A stretch of DNA of 64,000 bases from an uncultured Verrucomicrobiae bacterium (GCA_963828525.1 CAWHEP010000014.1:64001-128000); one strand, 5' to 3'; positions 9,120 to 22,322 are shown, counted from the stretch's first letter. Translations and numbers: made by a program. The notes: generated from the letters alone by a model not told the origin.

Positions 9120-10781
9120 TTGTCTATCCAAAAACCTCCAGGCCGGTTTAGAAAAGCGCAGATCGGCCACCGGATTCCCCGGGGTATGCTTGTCATCTGT
9201 TTGCTGAGCATTTTCGTGCTCGCTCTCCTGCCTTTCCTGCAAGTGGGGGATGGCAAGACGATCCCGCCCTTCGCGCTTTTCCTGGGCCGCTTTCATCCGG
9301 TTGTGCTTCACGTGCCGATCGGACTGATATTGCTCGCGATCATCCTGGAACACGCGCATATACGCGGCTTGAGGCAATGGGTGCCCGAAGTGCAGCCGCA
9401 GATGATCACCTTCCTCATGTTCTGCGCGGCGCTTAGCGCAGTGGCTTCGACAGTCCTTGGCTGGATGCTCTCGTATAGCGGAGGGTATGAGCCCGTTCTT
9501 CTCCAGAGACACTTTATCGCGGCGATGATCACCGCGTTCGGGGCAAACTTCGCGCTGCTTTTCAAATTGATCGGCGACGCCCATCCGTCCAGCCGCCTGG
9601 CTTCCGTGTCCTGCCAGCTCATGCTGCTGGTTACCGCCGGGGCCCTGGCGCTTGCCGGACACCTCGGCGCGTCCATCACCCATGGCGAGGATTATCTCAC
9701 GGAGTACGCGCCCAACCCGATCCGGCATTTGCTTGGCTTGCCCATCCATATCGATCCGGCTGATCTGCCGTGGAAGCCGCTCCCGGAACGAGTCGCGTTT
9801 GCGGAGGAGGTGCAGCCGGTGCTCACGGAGCGTTGCGTCGGGTGTCACAGCGGACAAAAGGCAAAGGGGGGCTTGAGGCTGGATGGATTTGATCAAATCG
9901 TGAAGGGCGGCAATAGCGGCGCCGTGTTGATTGCTGGAGACCCAGCGAAGAGCTCCCTGATTCGGTACCTGGACCTCCCCGAGTCCGATCCCAAACACAT
10001 GCCGCCCAAGGGTAAGACACAGTTGAGCGACGACGAGCGTCTCATACTGGATTGGTGGGTTGGGGCGGGCGCGCCTGATCGCAAGACGGTAGGGGAGCTG
10101 TTGCCTCCGGAGGAAGTTCAACTGGCGATGAGCCGGAACGTTCCCGAATCCGTCCGCAAAAAGCAGGAGGCGGAGAAGCAGCATGCGCTGGCGCAGCTTG
10201 CGCCCATAGTGGCCGCGGCGCAAAAGGACGTGCCTGGGTACCTGCGAGCTATCGCGCCGGGGGATACCGCCCTGGAATTCTCGGCGAATCCCTACCCAGA
10301 GAAATTCGGAGACGATCAACTCCGGGCGCTCGCGCCAGTCGCGGAACACGTTGCGATACTCGATCTGCGCCGCACGAAGGTTACGGATGCCGGCTTGGAC
10401 GAATGCGGGAAGATGCCGGGGCTGCGCCGGCTGGAATTACAAGAGACAAAGGTTGGCGACCGGGGGCTCGCGGCAATTGGCGGCCTTGCGAACCTCGAGA
10501 TCCTGAACTTGTACGGCACGCGCGTCACTGACGCGGGGCTTGCGAGCCTTTCCTCCTTGAAAAAGCTGCGGAAATTGTATATTCAAGGCACTCCTGTGTC
10601 GGAGGCGGGGCGCGCCAAACTGGGCAAGCTGCTTCCGAAGCTGGAAATAGTAAAAGCTGACCCTGTGCCCAAAGCGCTTATGAACGTTCAAACGTCCGTT
10701 CCGACAGTCAAACCGGTTATGGCCAGAACCGGTGGCAAGAACGTATCGTCTTCCCTCCCGGTGCCTTCCCCTAAACCATGA
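9120..10781 (+). CDS. Membrane protein: DUF2231-like TM region, planctomycete-type cytochrome c domain, C-terminal leucine-rich repeats (start may be ATG 9186)
   Basis: GRFHPVVLHVPIG TM motif, AGHLGASITHG, heme motif CVGCH followed by KGGLRLD and HMPPKGK, and LRRs LDLRRTKVTDAGL and LNLYGTRVTDAGL. Confidence 0.8.
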   Translation: MSIQKPPGRFRKAQIGHRIPRGMLVICLLSIFVLALLPFLQVGDGKTIPPFALFLGRFHPVVLHVPIGLILLAIILEHAHIRGLRQWVPEVQPQMITFLMFCAALSAVASTVLGWMLSYSGGYEPVLLQRHFIAAMITAFGANFALLFKLIGDAHPSSRLASVSCQLMLLVTAGALALAGHLGASITHGEDYLTEYAPNPIRHLLGLPIHIDPADLPWKPLPERVAFAEEVQPVLTERCVGCHSGQKAKGGLRLDGFDQIVKGGNSGAVLIAGDPAKSSLIRYLDLPESDPKHMPPKGKTQLSDDERLILDWWVGAGAPDRKTVGELLPPEEVQLAMSRNVPESVRKKQEAEKQHALAQLAPIVAAAQKDVPGYLRAIAPGDTALEFSANPYPEKFGDDQLRALAPVAEHVAILDLRRTKVTDAGLDECGKMPGLRRLELQETKVGDRGLAAIGGLANLEILNLYGTRVTDAGLASLSSLKKLRKLYIQGTPVSEAGRAKLGKLLPKLEIVKADPVPKALMNVQTSVPTVKPVMARTGGKNVSSSLPVPSPKP

Positions 10782-13700
10782 GGCGTTTCGCTGTCATAGC
10801 GGTTCTGTTGATCGTCCTTTCGGGAGCGGCAGGGTTGGTCCGAGCATCGTTTATTTCTTTCAAGAACTTTGCGACCTCCTCGGGGAACCAGGCCGACGCC
10901 GCCACGGAGGCTTCGCTGCCCTCGAAGATTACGTTTAACGAACATATCGGCCCGATCCTTTCGGATAACTGCTACTTTTGCCACGGTCAGGACGCCACGG
11001 CGCGCAAAGCCGATCTGCGCGTAGATCGCGCTGAGTTCGCGTTTCTTTCGCGCAAGAATGGCCTTCCGGCCATCGTGAAGGGGCATCCTGAGACCAGCGC
11101 GATCATACAGCGCATCACGTCGAAGGATCCCAATCAGGTGATGCCCCCTCCGAGCACTCACAAGACACTTACTCCTGTTCAAATCGCGCTCCTGACCCGG
11201 TGGGTCAAGGATGGCGCCGAATACCAGGAGCATTGGGCGTTTGTGAAACCGGAGCGCCCTCCAGAGCCGGATGTGAAGCAGGCGGGCTGGGTGAAGAATC
11301 CCATCGACAGCTTTGTTCTTGCCAAAATGGAATCAAAAGGCCTCGCGCCGGAGGCTGAAGCGGATCGCCGATCTCTCCTTCGCCGAGTGACGCTGGATCT
11401 CACCGGGCTGCCGCCCACGCCGGACGACATCGCCCGCTTTCTTGCCGATAAATCTCCAGGAGCTTATGAAAAGCTCGTGGATGGTTTGCTCGCGAGCCCG
11501 CACTACGGAGAACACGAAGCCCGCTACTGGCTGGACGCCGCCCGGTTTGCGGAAACGGTCGGGCAGCACATTGATGAACCAGCCCCGACCTGGCCGTACC
11601 GGGACTGGGTTATAAAGGCGTTCAACGACAACAAGCCATTCGACCGCTTCACTATTGAACAAGTAGCGGGAGATCTGTTGCCGAATCGGACTATCGACCA
11701 GCAAGTGGCAACGGGCTTTACCCGCTGCGGTATCTCGACGGCGGAGGGCGGCAGCATCGAAGCGGAATTGCTTGCGACCTACGCCAAGGAACATGTCGAA
11801 ACAAACGCTGCGACTTTCCTGGGTCTGACAATGGGCTGTTGCGCGTGTCATGACCATAAGTTCGATCCGATTTCGCAGAAGGAATTTTACCAATTCACGG
11901 CCTTCTTCCGTAACACAACGCAAAAGGGAATCACGGATCGCAAGTTTCCGACCGTCACCCCCTACATCGTACTGCCAGCGGAGGCCGACCGGGCTCGGTG
12001 GGATGCTTTACCGAAGGAGCGGGAAGCCGCGCAAAACGCAATCAGCGCCTATATGGCAACTTATATCGCGGGCAAGGGACAAACGGCGGCTCCCGGCATA
12101 TTGCAGCGACTCGCAAGTTCGAAGCTCCAGCCACCCGTCAATACGAAGGATTTGGAGGTTCGACTTCTTCTCAGGGAAAACGATGGGGGGAAGATCCAGA
12201 GCACCGCCAATGTCGCTTATTCACTTACAGGCGAGCCAAAGTGGGTTGATGGCGGAGTGCTGGGCCCAGCCCCACTTTTGGATGGGACGAGCTACGCCGA
12301 ACTTGGAAACCTAGGTGACTTCGATACCAAGGATTCTTTTTCGTATGGGGCCTGGGTCAAGGTCACGGGCGCGCCTACAGGCGCTCTCTTCTCCCGGATG
12401 GATCGGAATGACAACTTCCGGGGATGGGATTTATGGCTTGAGAATGGAAAACCAACTGCGCATCTGATAAGCTTCTGGCCTCGCAATGCGATCAAACAAG
12501 TGGCTTCCAAGCCGCTAACGCCCGGAGTGTGGCAGCACGTCTTCGTCACCTACAACGGCTCCAGCAAGGCGTCCGGCTTGAAAGTTTATGTTGATGGAGA
12601 GGCTGCGACAACGAAGCCCGGCGAAGATAGCCTGACTGAATCGATCCGCTCTCCCGCCCAGTTTATACTCGGCCGGCGCAGCGGGGGCGATGGCGCTCCC
12701 GGCGTCGCCATACAGGACGTTCGCGTCTACAAACGCCTCCTCGGGATGACTGAAATCAAGGCTCTGAGCGGGAGCGAAGTTTTGCCGTTTGTTCAGAACA
12801 TCCCCGTAGAGAAACTTTCCCCCGCCCAGCAAACTTGGGCTCTGAACTACCTGCTCAAGGATGACCCCAAGCTGGCCCAACTAAAAGCTACCGCAAACAA
12901 GCTGAAAGCGGAGTTTGAGGCTATTTCCGAACGAAGTCCCGTTACGATGGTGATGGATGATAAACCGACTCCGGCATTTGCCTACGTGCTCAAGCGGGGG
13001 CAGTACGATCAGCCTGGTGAGAAGGTTGAGCCGGGTGTACCCAAGGTTCTGCCTCCCATGCCGAAGGGTGCTCCCAAGAACCGGCTCGGCTTGGCGCAGT
13101 GGCTTGTTGATCCCAGCAACCCGCTCCTATCGCGAGTGACCGTCAATCGATTCTGGCAGCAGTTTTTTGGAGTGGGTATCGTAAAGACGTCCGAAGATTT
13201 TGGGATGATGGGCGAGCGGCCCGTCAACCAACCCTTACTCGATTGGCTGGCGGTCGAATTCGAGGATTCCCATTGGAACGTTAAACACATGCTGAAGCTG
13301 ATGGTGACATCTGCGGCGTACATGCAATCGGACCGGATCACCCAGGAAAAACACGATCAGGATCCTGAAAATCGCCTCGTTTCGCATGGACCGCGTTTCC
13401 GGATGGATGCCGAGATGATCCGAGACCAAGCCCTGGCGGCAAGCGGTTTGCTGGTGCCGAAGATTGGCGGTCCGAGCGTCAAGCCGTATCAGCCCAAGGG
13501 TATTTGGGAGGTGGTCTCCATGACTAACGAAACTTATGTCCCGGACAAAGGGGAAAATAACTATCGGCGCAGCATGTATACCTATTGGAAACGCCTCGCG
13601 CCCAATCCCGACCTCGCGACGCTGGACGTGCCTACGAGGGAAACTTGCACCGTTCGCCGTGACCGCACGAATACACCTCTCCAGGCCTTGCTGGTGGAAA

Positions 13701-14014
13701 ATGATCCGCAATATGTCGAAGCCGCCCGCAACCTCGCCGCGCATGCGATTTCCGCCGCTTCCGATCCTGCAGCGCGGCTGGATTATATGTCCGAGCGTTT
13801 GCTCGCCCGTCCCCTCGACGACCGGGAAAAGCAGATTTTCATGAAGTCTCTCTCGCGGTTTAGCGATGCCTATACCAAGAAGCCTGACTCCGCCGCGCAG
13901 CTTCTTAAAGTTGGGGACAGCCCCGTGGACGCTTCCATTCCGGCGCCGGAGCAGGCGGCGTGGACTATGGTGGCCAGCCAGTTCATCAACCTCGACGAAA
14001 CACTCAATAAATAG
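10778..14014 (+). CDS. Planctomycete cytochrome c + DUF1549 + LamG/ConA-like + DUF1553 domain protein
   Basis: [46 protein letters not shown], LamG-like [36 protein letters not shown] overlap with the upstream gene. Confidence 0.9.
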   Translation: MRRFAVIAVLLIVLSGAAGLVRASFISFKNFATSSGNQADAATEASLPSKITFNEHIGPILSDNCYFCHGQDATARKADLRVDRAEFAFLSRKNGLPAIVKGHPETSAIIQRITSKDPNQVMPPPSTHKTLTPVQIALLTRWVKDGAEYQEHWAFVKPERPPEPDVKQAGWVKNPIDSFVLAKMESKGLAPEAEADRRSLLRRVTLDLTGLPPTPDDIARFLADKSPGAYEKLVDGLLASPHYGEHEARYWLDAARFAETVGQHIDEPAPTWPYRDWVIKAFNDNKPFDRFTIEQVAGDLLPNRTIDQQVATGFTRCGISTAEGGSIEAELLATYAKEHVETNAATFLGLTMGCCACHDHKFDPISQKEFYQFTAFFRNTTQKGITDRKFPTVTPYIVLPAEADRARWDALPKEREAAQNAISAYMATYIAGKGQTAAPGILQRLASSKLQPPVNTKDLEVRLLLRENDGGKIQSTANVAYSLTGEPKWVDGGVLGPAPLLDGTSYAELGNLGDFDTKDSFSYGAWVKVTGAPTGALFSRMDRNDNFRGWDLWLENGKPTAHLISFWPRNAIKQVASKPLTPGVWQHVFVTYNGSSKASGLKVYVDGEAATTKPGEDSLTESIRSPAQFILGRRSGGDGAPGVAIQDVRVYKRLLGMTEIKALSGSEVLPFVQNIPVEKLSPAQQTWALNYLLKDDPKLAQLKATANKLKAEFEAISERSPVTMVMDDKPTPAFAYVLKRGQYDQPGEKVEPGVPKVLPPMPKGAPKNRLGLAQWLVDPSNPLLSRVTVNRFWQQFFGVGIVKTSEDFGMMGERPVNQPLLDWLAVEFEDSHWNVKHMLKLMVTSAAYMQSDRITQEKHDQDPENRLVSHGPRFRMDAEMIRDQALAASGLLVPKIGGPSVKPYQPKGIWEVVSMTNETYVPDKGENNYRRSMYTYWKRLAPNPDLATLDVPTRETCTVRRDRTNTPLQALLVENDPQYVEAARNLAAHAISAASDPAARLDYMSERLLARPLDDREKQIFMKSLSRFSDAYTKKPDSAAQLLKVGDSPVDASIPAPEQAAWTMVASQFINLDETLNK

Positions 14015-14022
14015 GTCGAATC

Positions 14023-15498
14023 ATGGAACCTCTGGATTTTTTCTGTCAGCAACACTCGCGGCGGCAATTCCTTGGCAAGGCAGCCAAGGGGCTGGGTGGC
14101 GCCGCTCTCGCTTCCATGCTAGGTGGCTCTTTCCTGTCGCAACTCGCCCGGGCTGCGGCCACTGGGGATGCGACTGGCCTGACGGCCGCTCTTCCTAATT
14201 TTGCTCCTAAAGCCAAGCGCGCGATTTACCTGTTCATGGCTGGAGCCCCATCCCAGCTCGATCTATGGGACTATAAGCCAAACCTCAAGGCGATGTTCGA
14301 CAAGGATCTGCCCGACTCCGTGCGCAATGGCCAGCGTCTCACGGGCATGACTTCAAATCAGTCGAGATTTCCCCTGGCCCCTTCCATTTTTGATTTCAAG
14401 CAATACGGGCAATCCGGCACATGGGTAAGCGACCTGCTTCCATGGACGAGTCAGGTTGTGGACAACCTTGCCGTCATCAAGAGCGTCTGGACGGATGCGA
14501 TCAATCACGAACCAGCCATCACTCTCATCCAAACCGGGAACATGAACACCGGGCATCCTTCGCTTGGCTCCTGGATTTCTTACGGTCTTGGTTCGCTCAA
14601 TGAAAATCTTCCCACGTTCGTTGTCCTGACCTCGAAGTTTACCAACAAGAAGAACATTCAGGCATTGTCTTCCCGGCTCTGGTCTGCCGGGTTCCTCCCT
14701 TCGGAGCACGCTGGCTGTTGTCTGCGCGGCTCGGGAGATCCGGTGCTTTACCTTACAGATCCAGATGGCGTTGAGCGGTCAATCCGCCGCGACATGCTTG
14801 ATGGAGTGACAGCGCTAGACAGTATCGAGCACGAGCGCATCGGGGATCCGGAGACTGAGACGCGCATCTCCGAATATGAGATGGCTTTCCGCATGCAGAC
14901 AGCGGTGCCCGAACTTACCGACCTCTCCGGCGAGCCTGCCGCAACCTACGATCTTTACGGTGACGCGGCGAGGGAGCCGGGAACTTTCGCGGCGAATTGC
15001 CTGCTGGCGCGCCGGATGGCCGAGCGCGGAGTCCGCTTCGTGCAAATATTTCATCGTGGTTGGGACCAGCACTCCAATCTGCCGGAAAGCATGCGCCTGC
15101 AGTGCGGGGATGTTGATCGCGGCTGCTATGGCTTGATTCAGGATCTAAAGCAAAGAGGCCTTCTGGATGACACCCTCGTTATTTGGGGTGGCGAATTTGG
15201 CCGGACGGTATATTCCCAAGGCACTCTTACGCACGCCAACTACGGGCGCGATCATCACCCGCGTTGCTTCACCATGTGGATGGCAGGCGCGGGAATCAAA
15301 GCGGGCATCAGCTATGGCGTTACCGATGACTTCAGTTATAACATTGTTCAGAACCCGGTGCATATCGGCGATCTCAACGCCACGATCCTTAATCAGTTCG
15401 GCATCGACGCGAATCATTACTCCTACAAGTTCCAGGGCCTCGATCAGCGGTTGGTTGGAGTCATCGACGCTGACGTGGTGAAGGGTATCCTCGCTTAA
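14023..15498 (+). CDS. DUF1501 family protein (Tat-exported, sulfatase-like)
   Basis: SRRQFL Tat motif, [53 protein letters not shown]. Confidence 0.9.
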   Translation: MEPLDFFCQQHSRRQFLGKAAKGLGGAALASMLGGSFLSQLARAAATGDATGLTAALPNFAPKAKRAIYLFMAGAPSQLDLWDYKPNLKAMFDKDLPDSVRNGQRLTGMTSNQSRFPLAPSIFDFKQYGQSGTWVSDLLPWTSQVVDNLAVIKSVWTDAINHEPAITLIQTGNMNTGHPSLGSWISYGLGSLNENLPTFVVLTSKFTNKKNIQALSSRLWSAGFLPSEHAGCCLRGSGDPVLYLTDPDGVERSIRRDMLDGVTALDSIEHERIGDPETETRISEYEMAFRMQTAVPELTDLSGEPAATYDLYGDAAREPGTFAANCLLARRMAERGVRFVQIFHRGWDQHSNLPESMRLQCGDVDRGCYGLIQDLKQRGLLDDTLVIWGGEFGRTVYSQGTLTHANYGRDHHPRCFTMWMAGAGIKAGISYGVTDDFSYNIVQNPVHIGDLNATILNQFGIDANHYSYKFQGLDQRLVGVIDADVVKGILA

Positions 15499-15528
15499 GC
15501 CAGGGAGTGGCAGCCGATTGGCCGCCAA

Positions 15529-15837
15529 CTATTTCGACGAATCCGGCGCGTGTTTGTTGACCGCCAGGCGTGGCCAGTGATCACCCACGTTAACCTTGTC
15601 CCAGTCAGCCCGGAACAGGATTACTTCCCGCCTGGCCAACTTACCCTTGTTATTGCGTCCTTCGATTTCGACCCAATAAATGTCGGGGATGCTGAAACGG
15701 AACAACGAAGAGGGATAGTAGGGCGAATCCATCGCGAACCGCGCCCGCTTCCTGATAACGATGCCCTGTTTGATGGAGCAGCAGGATGCCACAAGCAACA
15801 CCGGAACCAGGAGCAACAGACGGACTCTTAAACTCAC
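15529..15837 (-). CDS. Small hypothetical (lipo)protein
   Basis: Hydrophobic signal ending LLVASC. Fills the gap downstream of GH15. Start taken at GTG 15837. Confidence 0.5.
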   Translation of the reverse strand: MSLRVRLLLLVPVLLVASCCSIKQGIVIRKRARFAMDSPYYPSSLFRFSIPDIYWVEIEGRNNKGKLARREVILFRADWDKVNVGDHWPRLAVNKHAPDSSK

Positions 15838-15895
15838 TCTCGCAGCATCACCAACATTGCTGCCAAATGTCAATCAAATGGCGTGGGATTACTTA

Positions 15896-17686
15896 TTAGC
15901 CGCATCGAAGTCCCGCCGGGCCCCCCGCGCGGGAAAGGTTCTGGGCTGTATTCACCAGGCCGACATGTGAGAAGGCTTGGGGAAAATTCCCCGCCAGGCG
16001 CTTGCCGACAGGGTCATATTCTTCGGCCAGCAGACCGAGATCGTTGCGCAACGCCAGCAAGCGCTCGAATAATTCCTCCGCCTCGGCCTGTCGCCCTGAC
16101 AAGGCCATGCAATCGGCAAGCCAGAAGGAACAGGGTAAAAATACGCCTTCTCCCGGCGGGAGACCATCCACGCTCACGGATGTGTCAGGGTGATAACGAT
16201 ATACAAAACCGTTTTCCATCAATTCTGCCTCTACCGCCCGGATGGTGCGCTGAACGCGCTCGTCCGTGATTGGCAGGAATCCCACGAGGGGGATCATGAG
16301 CAGACTGGCATCGAGCTTGTCTGAGCCGTAGAACTGTGTGAAGCATCCTTTGCCGGCATTGTAACCTTGGCGGCAGACTTCATCATGGATACTGGCGCGC
16401 AGAGCCTTCCAACGCGCGGCGTCTCCGTCCAGCTTGTATTCCTCGATGGACTTCACCGCGCGGTCGGCAGCAACCCACGCCATGACTTTGGAGTGCGTGA
16501 AATGCCTCCGCCCGCCGCGCACCTCCCATATACCCTCATCGGGTTGGGACCAGTTCGATTCGATGAACTCCAGCAATCCCTGCTCCAGCCGCCACGCCAT
16601 TTCGTCCGGTGCAATGTCAGCCCGCCGACATTGATACAGGCAGTCGAGGACTTCGCCGTAGACATCGAGTTGAAACTGCCCTGAAGCGGCGTTTCCGATC
16701 CGAACCGGAGAAGATTTTTCGAATCCCGCGAGCCATTCCAGATTGAATTCAGGCAGCCTCCGCTCTCCCTGGACTCCGTAAAGAATCTGAAGCTTCGAAG
16801 GACTGCCGGCGATCGCGCGCAGCAGCCAGTCCCTCCAGGCTTTGGCCTCCTCGTGGTAGCCCGCTCCCAGTAACGAGTACAGCGTTAAGGTGGCATCCCG
16901 CAGCCAGCAGTACCGGTAATCCCAATTTCTTTCGCCGCCGAACTGCTCCGGCAGTGAAGTCGTAGGGGCCGCGACAATCCCGCCTGTCGGGGCGTAGGTC
17001 AGCCCCTTTAGGGTGATCAGCGAGCGGTTGACCGCTTCCTTCCATTTGCCAGCTACATCTCCATCGCAACGTCCTGACCAGTCTCGCCAAAATTCTTCTG
17101 TTTCCCGCAGTGACCTGCCCGCGTCGAGCGCGGCTGGCAGATCTTCAAAGGAGGGATGCCACGTCAGCACAAACGGGATCAACTCTCCCTCCGAAACTGT
17201 GAATTCCGCGATAGTGGTAAAATTCTCACCCCTTGTTTGGACCGGGGTTCTCAGCACCAGCGCATCCGGACCCGCAATCGCTTCCAGCGCTCCATCCCTG
17301 CGCCTGACCCAAGGCACCATCGAGCCGTAGTCGAAGCGGATTATCAGCTCCATGCGCATCGCGATCTTCCCGGCGACGCCTTCAACCATGCGAATGATGG
17401 ATGGATGAGTGTCCCGGGTGGGCATAAAGTCGATTACCCGCGCGCAGCCTTCGCTATTCCTATGCTCAGTCTCAAGGATCAGCGTTCCGTCGCGGTAACG
17501 TCTCTCTAACGTCGCGGCGTTGGCTGGGGCGAGCCTCCAGCAGCCATTCTCCGCCTCGCCGAGCATTGCCGCAAAGCAGGCGGGTGAATCAAACCTGGGC
17601 GCGCAAAACCAATCGATGGAGCCATTCCGGCTCACGAGAGCGGCGGTGCATGTGTCACCGATGAACCCGTAATCCTCAATCTTCAT
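15896..17686 (-). CDS. Glycoside hydrolase family 15 (trehalase/glucoamylase-like)
   Basis: IEDYGFIGD, AAPTTSLPE, RNWDYRYCWLRD, QLDVYGE, DEGIWEVRG, GLLAEEYD, GNFPQAFSH. Start at ATG 17686. Confidence 0.92.
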   Translation of the reverse strand: MKIEDYGFIGDTCTAALVSRNGSIDWFCAPRFDSPACFAAMLGEAENGCWRLAPANAATLERRYRDGTLILETEHRNSEGCARVIDFMPTRDTHPSIIRMVEGVAGKIAMRMELIIRFDYGSMVPWVRRRDGALEAIAGPDALVLRTPVQTRGENFTTIAEFTVSEGELIPFVLTWHPSFEDLPAALDAGRSLRETEEFWRDWSGRCDGDVAGKWKEAVNRSLITLKGLTYAPTGGIVAAPTTSLPEQFGGERNWDYRYCWLRDATLTLYSLLGAGYHEEAKAWRDWLLRAIAGSPSKLQILYGVQGERRLPEFNLEWLAGFEKSSPVRIGNAASGQFQLDVYGEVLDCLYQCRRADIAPDEMAWRLEQGLLEFIESNWSQPDEGIWEVRGGRRHFTHSKVMAWVAADRAVKSIEEYKLDGDAARWKALRASIHDEVCRQGYNAGKGCFTQFYGSDKLDASLLMIPLVGFLPITDERVQRTIRAVEAELMENGFVYRYHPDTSVSVDGLPPGEGVFLPCSFWLADCMALSGRQAEAEELFERLLALRNDLGLLAEEYDPVGKRLAGNFPQAFSHVGLVNTAQNLSRAGGPAGLRCG

Positions 17687-17715
17687 TGAACGACGTGCCT
17701 CTCTCGCGCGAACGA

Positions 17716-18929
<1,214 letters not shown>

Positions 18930-18933
<4 letters not shown>

Positions 18934-19700
18934 CGCGGGAGCTCGCTTTCGAGTTGAAGCCGGTGAGCCTCCACTATTTTCTCCAATTCCTCTTTCGAGT
19001 TCAGCCTGCTGCTCACAGCCATGTCGCTCAGGACCCGCCCGTCCCGCATGATGATATTCCTCGTCGCGTATGACGCGATGTCCAGTTCGTGCGTAACCAT
19101 GATGACGGTGATTCCTTGCTCGTTCAGCCTTTGGAAAACCCCCATGATCTCGACGCTCGTGCGGCTGTCCAGGTTGCCGGTAGGCTCGTCCGCAAGCAGT
19201 ACCTCGGGATCGTTGATCAGCGCGCGAGCGACCGCCACTCGTTGCTGCTGGCCACCGGAGAGCTGGCTCGGGTGATGACCGGTTCTACCTCCCAGACCCA
19301 CCATTTCAAGAGCGCTCCGAGCCTTCTCGCGCAGTTCCCGGGTTGTGAGCTTTTTCTGCGAGTATAGCAGCGGTAACTCGACGTTTTCGATAGCGGAGGT
19401 CCGGGAGAGCAGGTTAAAGCTTTGGAAAACGAATCCGAGCTTCTGATTTCGGATGTCCGCCAACTGATTCCGATTTAGTCGCGAAACGTCCGCACCATCC
19501 AGATAGTAGTGGCCCTTTGTCGGTCGATCCAGGCAGCCGAGCATGTTCATGATGGTTGACTTCCCGGATCCGCTTGCTCCCATGAAAGCCACAAATTCTC
19601 CCTTGTGGATATCGAGCGACACGCCTCTGACCGCATGCACATCCACCTCTCCACTGCGGTATGTCTTGAAGATTTCCTCCAGCTTTACGACAGCCGCCAT
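18930..19700 (-). CDS. MacB/LolD-type ABC transporter ATP-binding protein
   Basis: [29 protein letters not shown]. Confidence 0.93.
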
Positions 19701-19707
19701 AGCCTCG

Positions 19708-20892
19708 TTAGAACCGCTTGCCGCTGCTGAAAGGGTTTGTCACCTGGTCTGACACGTAGTCCGTGGAAGCGGTGATGACCTGATCTCCTTCTTTTAAACC
19801 GCTAAGCACCTCCGTCGCGATTCCATCGCTGATTCCCACCTTGATCTGCGTCTTGCGTGGCTTGTCCTCTCCGCCTGCCCATAGGTAAACGGTGCGCTCG
19901 AAACGGCGTTCGCCTTTATTGCCGCCGGGCCGCGTCCGTTCCGCGCTGAACGGCGTGGGTGGTGGAGTTCCTTTTTCAACAATGCGCTCCAGCGGGCGAA
20001 ACCGAAGACCCGCATTGGCGAGCTTCAGCGCGCCCTCACGATGATCTATGATGACGGAGATATTGGCTGTCATCCCCGGCTTCAATTTCAGATCAGCGTT
20101 TTTCACGCTTATCACCACGTCGTAAGTCACGACGTTCTGAACGGTAGTGGGCGAGTTTCTCACCTGTCTCACCTTCCCATGGAAGGTTCGATAAGGGTAG
20201 GCATCCACAAAAAAGTCCACGTTTTGTCCCTCGGCTACATTGCCGACATCGGCTTCCGCGACATTGGAATCGATCTGCATATTGGACAGGTCATTGGCGA
20301 TTGTGAAGATGACGGGCGCGCTCAAGCTCGCGGCGACGGTCTGTCCGACATCCACGTTGCGTGAGATTACCATGCCATCGATGGGCGAATAGATCGTGCA
20401 ATGTTCCAAATCCACCTTTGTTTTATCTAAAGCGCCCTGTTTGATTTTGATGCTGGCTTCCGCCTGGTGCAGGCTCGCCAATGCCTGATCCAGAACTGCC
20501 TGCGAAGTTCCCTCGTGAGACCTCAAGTCGGCCGCTCGCCGCGCAACCGTCTGCGCGAGTTCCAGGGCGGCTTTGGCGCTCTCCAGGTCGCCTTCGGCTT
20601 CCAGCACGCTCGCCTGGAACGGCGCGGGGTCAATCTGCGCGACGATCTCCCCCGCCTTCACCGGCGAATTCCAATCTGCTTTCAGACTCGATATTCGGCC
20701 CGAAATTTGACTGCCCACCTGCACGTTGAGCACCGGATTGAGCTGCCCGGTCGCGGTGACAACCTGCGTGACATCACCTCGGGTAACGGTGGTTGTAAGA
20801 TACGCGGGCGCGTCGGATCGGTTGTGTCTCCAATACCACGCGCCCCCGCCCGCCAGCGCGGCCAAAAGGAGGAGTGAGATTACCGCTTTCAT
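19708..20892 (-). CDS. MacA-like periplasmic adaptor (membrane fusion protein)
   Basis: VQVGSQISGRI, IYSPIDGMV, GQTVAAS, LKPGMTA. Confidence 0.9.
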   Translation of the reverse strand: MKAVISLLLLAALAGGGAWYWRHNRSDAPAYLTTTVTRGDVTQVVTATGQLNPVLNVQVGSQISGRISSLKADWNSPVKAGEIVAQIDPAPFQASVLEAEGDLESAKAALELAQTVARRAADLRSHEGTSQAVLDQALASLHQAEASIKIKQGALDKTKVDLEHCTIYSPIDGMVISRNVDVGQTVAASLSAPVIFTIANDLSNMQIDSNVAEADVGNVAEGQNVDFFVDAYPYRTFHGKVRQVRNSPTTVQNVVTYDVVISVKNADLKLKPGMTANISVIIDHREGALKLANAGLRFRPLERIVEKGTPPPTPFSAERTRPGGNKGERRFERTVYLWAGGEDKPRKTQIKVGISDGIATEVLSGLKEGDQVITASTDYVSDQVTNPFSSGKRF

Positions 20893-22247
20893 TTCAGATT
20901 GCCTGCCATGGCGACCCGTCTCTGCTGGAAGCGCGCCATAGCCCGCTGCAGGTCAAGAAGCGCCACTTGGTAGGCATATACTTCAGTCGTGACGGTCGTG
21001 CGGGCATTATTAAGATCTATGAGGGCGCTTTGCGCGTCCAGACTTGTCGCCGAACCTTCCTTATACTCATTCTCAACATCCGTATAAGTCTGCTCCGTGG
21101 CGGCGAGCTGGGCGCGGGCCGCTTTGATCGTCGCTTTGAGGCTTCGGGCCTGCAGCCACGCGTTCTTCACTTCCTCCTGCAGGTTCTTCCCAGCGGTTTC
21201 ATGGTTGAGGCGCGTCTCGACGATCTGGCGCCCGGCGGTGCTGAGGTCGATTTCCCGCTGCCCACCGGTTAGGAACGGGATTTGCACCGCCACACCCGCG
21301 TCCCAAGCCTCACTGTCGGATTTGTTCTCGGGCCCATTCCTCGCGCTGGACTCCCCGGCAAGGTTAGCTCCTGCTTGAGCCACGATCCGGGGCGCGTATT
21401 CAGCCAGCACCTCCTTGCGACGCTGGACATCCTCTTCCACCGCGAGCGCGTTTGCCTGGTAGTCCTCCCGATTTCGTCTGGCCTCGTCCATGGCGGCCTC
21501 AAGGGATGGAATCTCGTCGGATGCGTCAGGCGGTTCAGCGAGATGGAACGAGGTGTCGCCTCCAAGGTTGAGAATGTTACTGAGATTGTTGCGATCCACT
21601 TCCAGGGTGCTTGCCGTGGAGATCAACGTCTGGCGCGCTCCCTCCAGAGTGGCTCGCGCGCGGAGCACGTCACTGCGGGCCACATCCCCAAGGTCCAGGC
21701 GCTCCTGGGAGAGTTGGAGTTGACGATTGGCAAGTTCAAACGTCTGCTGGTTGACCCGTGCCACCGCCTGCTGCTTGAGAACCTCATAATAAGCCTGGGC
21801 AACTCCGAAGAGTGTTTGCCGGACGGTGAAACGATACTGCAGCAGCGCGGATTCCGCAGCGAGCTTTCCAACACGATAGGCCGGAAAAGCGGTCAGATCG
21901 AACAGCGGTTGGGAAAGGCTGAGACCCGCGCTTCCCGTGTTCGTCCGGCTCGTCACGGGGCCGGAAGGATCCAGCGTTAGCGAAGAGGTCTGGTTGTAGT
22001 TGTGTTGGAAACCCAGATTACCATTCACCTGCGGCCCAAGCCGGGTAAGCGCGCTCCAAGGCAGCAGATTAGCCTTCCGCGACTCCTGATACGCCACCCG
22101 GATGGATTGATCAGTCGCCGCGGCGCGGTCGTATGCCTGTTCCAGCGTGAGTATTTGCCCCGGCGTAAAACTCTGGGCAGACGTTATTTGAGGGGTGAGA
22201 AGACTTACCGTCGAGGCGGCTATACCGCATAGAAAACGGTTGATCAT
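20889..22247 (-). CDS. TolC family outer membrane efflux protein
   Basis: Signal peptide, LSQPLFD, VAQAYYEVL, YKEGSATSLD. First gene of the adaptor/ABC operon. Confidence 0.88.
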   Translation of the reverse strand: MINRFLCGIAASTVSLLTPQITSAQSFTPGQILTLEQAYDRAAATDQSIRVAYQESRKANLLPWSALTRLGPQVNGNLGFQHNYNQTSSLTLDPSGPVTSRTNTGSAGLSLSQPLFDLTAFPAYRVGKLAAESALLQYRFTVRQTLFGVAQAYYEVLKQQAVARVNQQTFELANRQLQLSQERLDLGDVARSDVLRARATLEGARQTLISTASTLEVDRNNLSNILNLGGDTSFHLAEPPDASDEIPSLEAAMDEARRNREDYQANALAVEEDVQRRKEVLAEYAPRIVAQAGANLAGESSARNGPENKSDSEAWDAGVAVQIPFLTGGQREIDLSTAGRQIVETRLNHETAGKNLQEEVKNAWLQARSLKATIKAARAQLAATEQTYTDVENEYKEGSATSLDAQSALIDLNNARTTVTTEVYAYQVALLDLQRAMARFQQRRVAMAGNLK

Positions 22248-22322
22248 GGGGTGGGAGGCCCTACCTAATATGACCCTCCCCCATTGTCAATGTTACCGGC
22301 GAGCGCGCTGGCGCTCCGCGCG

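Noticed and set aside
9054..10349. 431-aa minus-strand ORF
   Set aside because: Antisense to the cytochrome c-LRR gene, Arg-rich, no domain signal.
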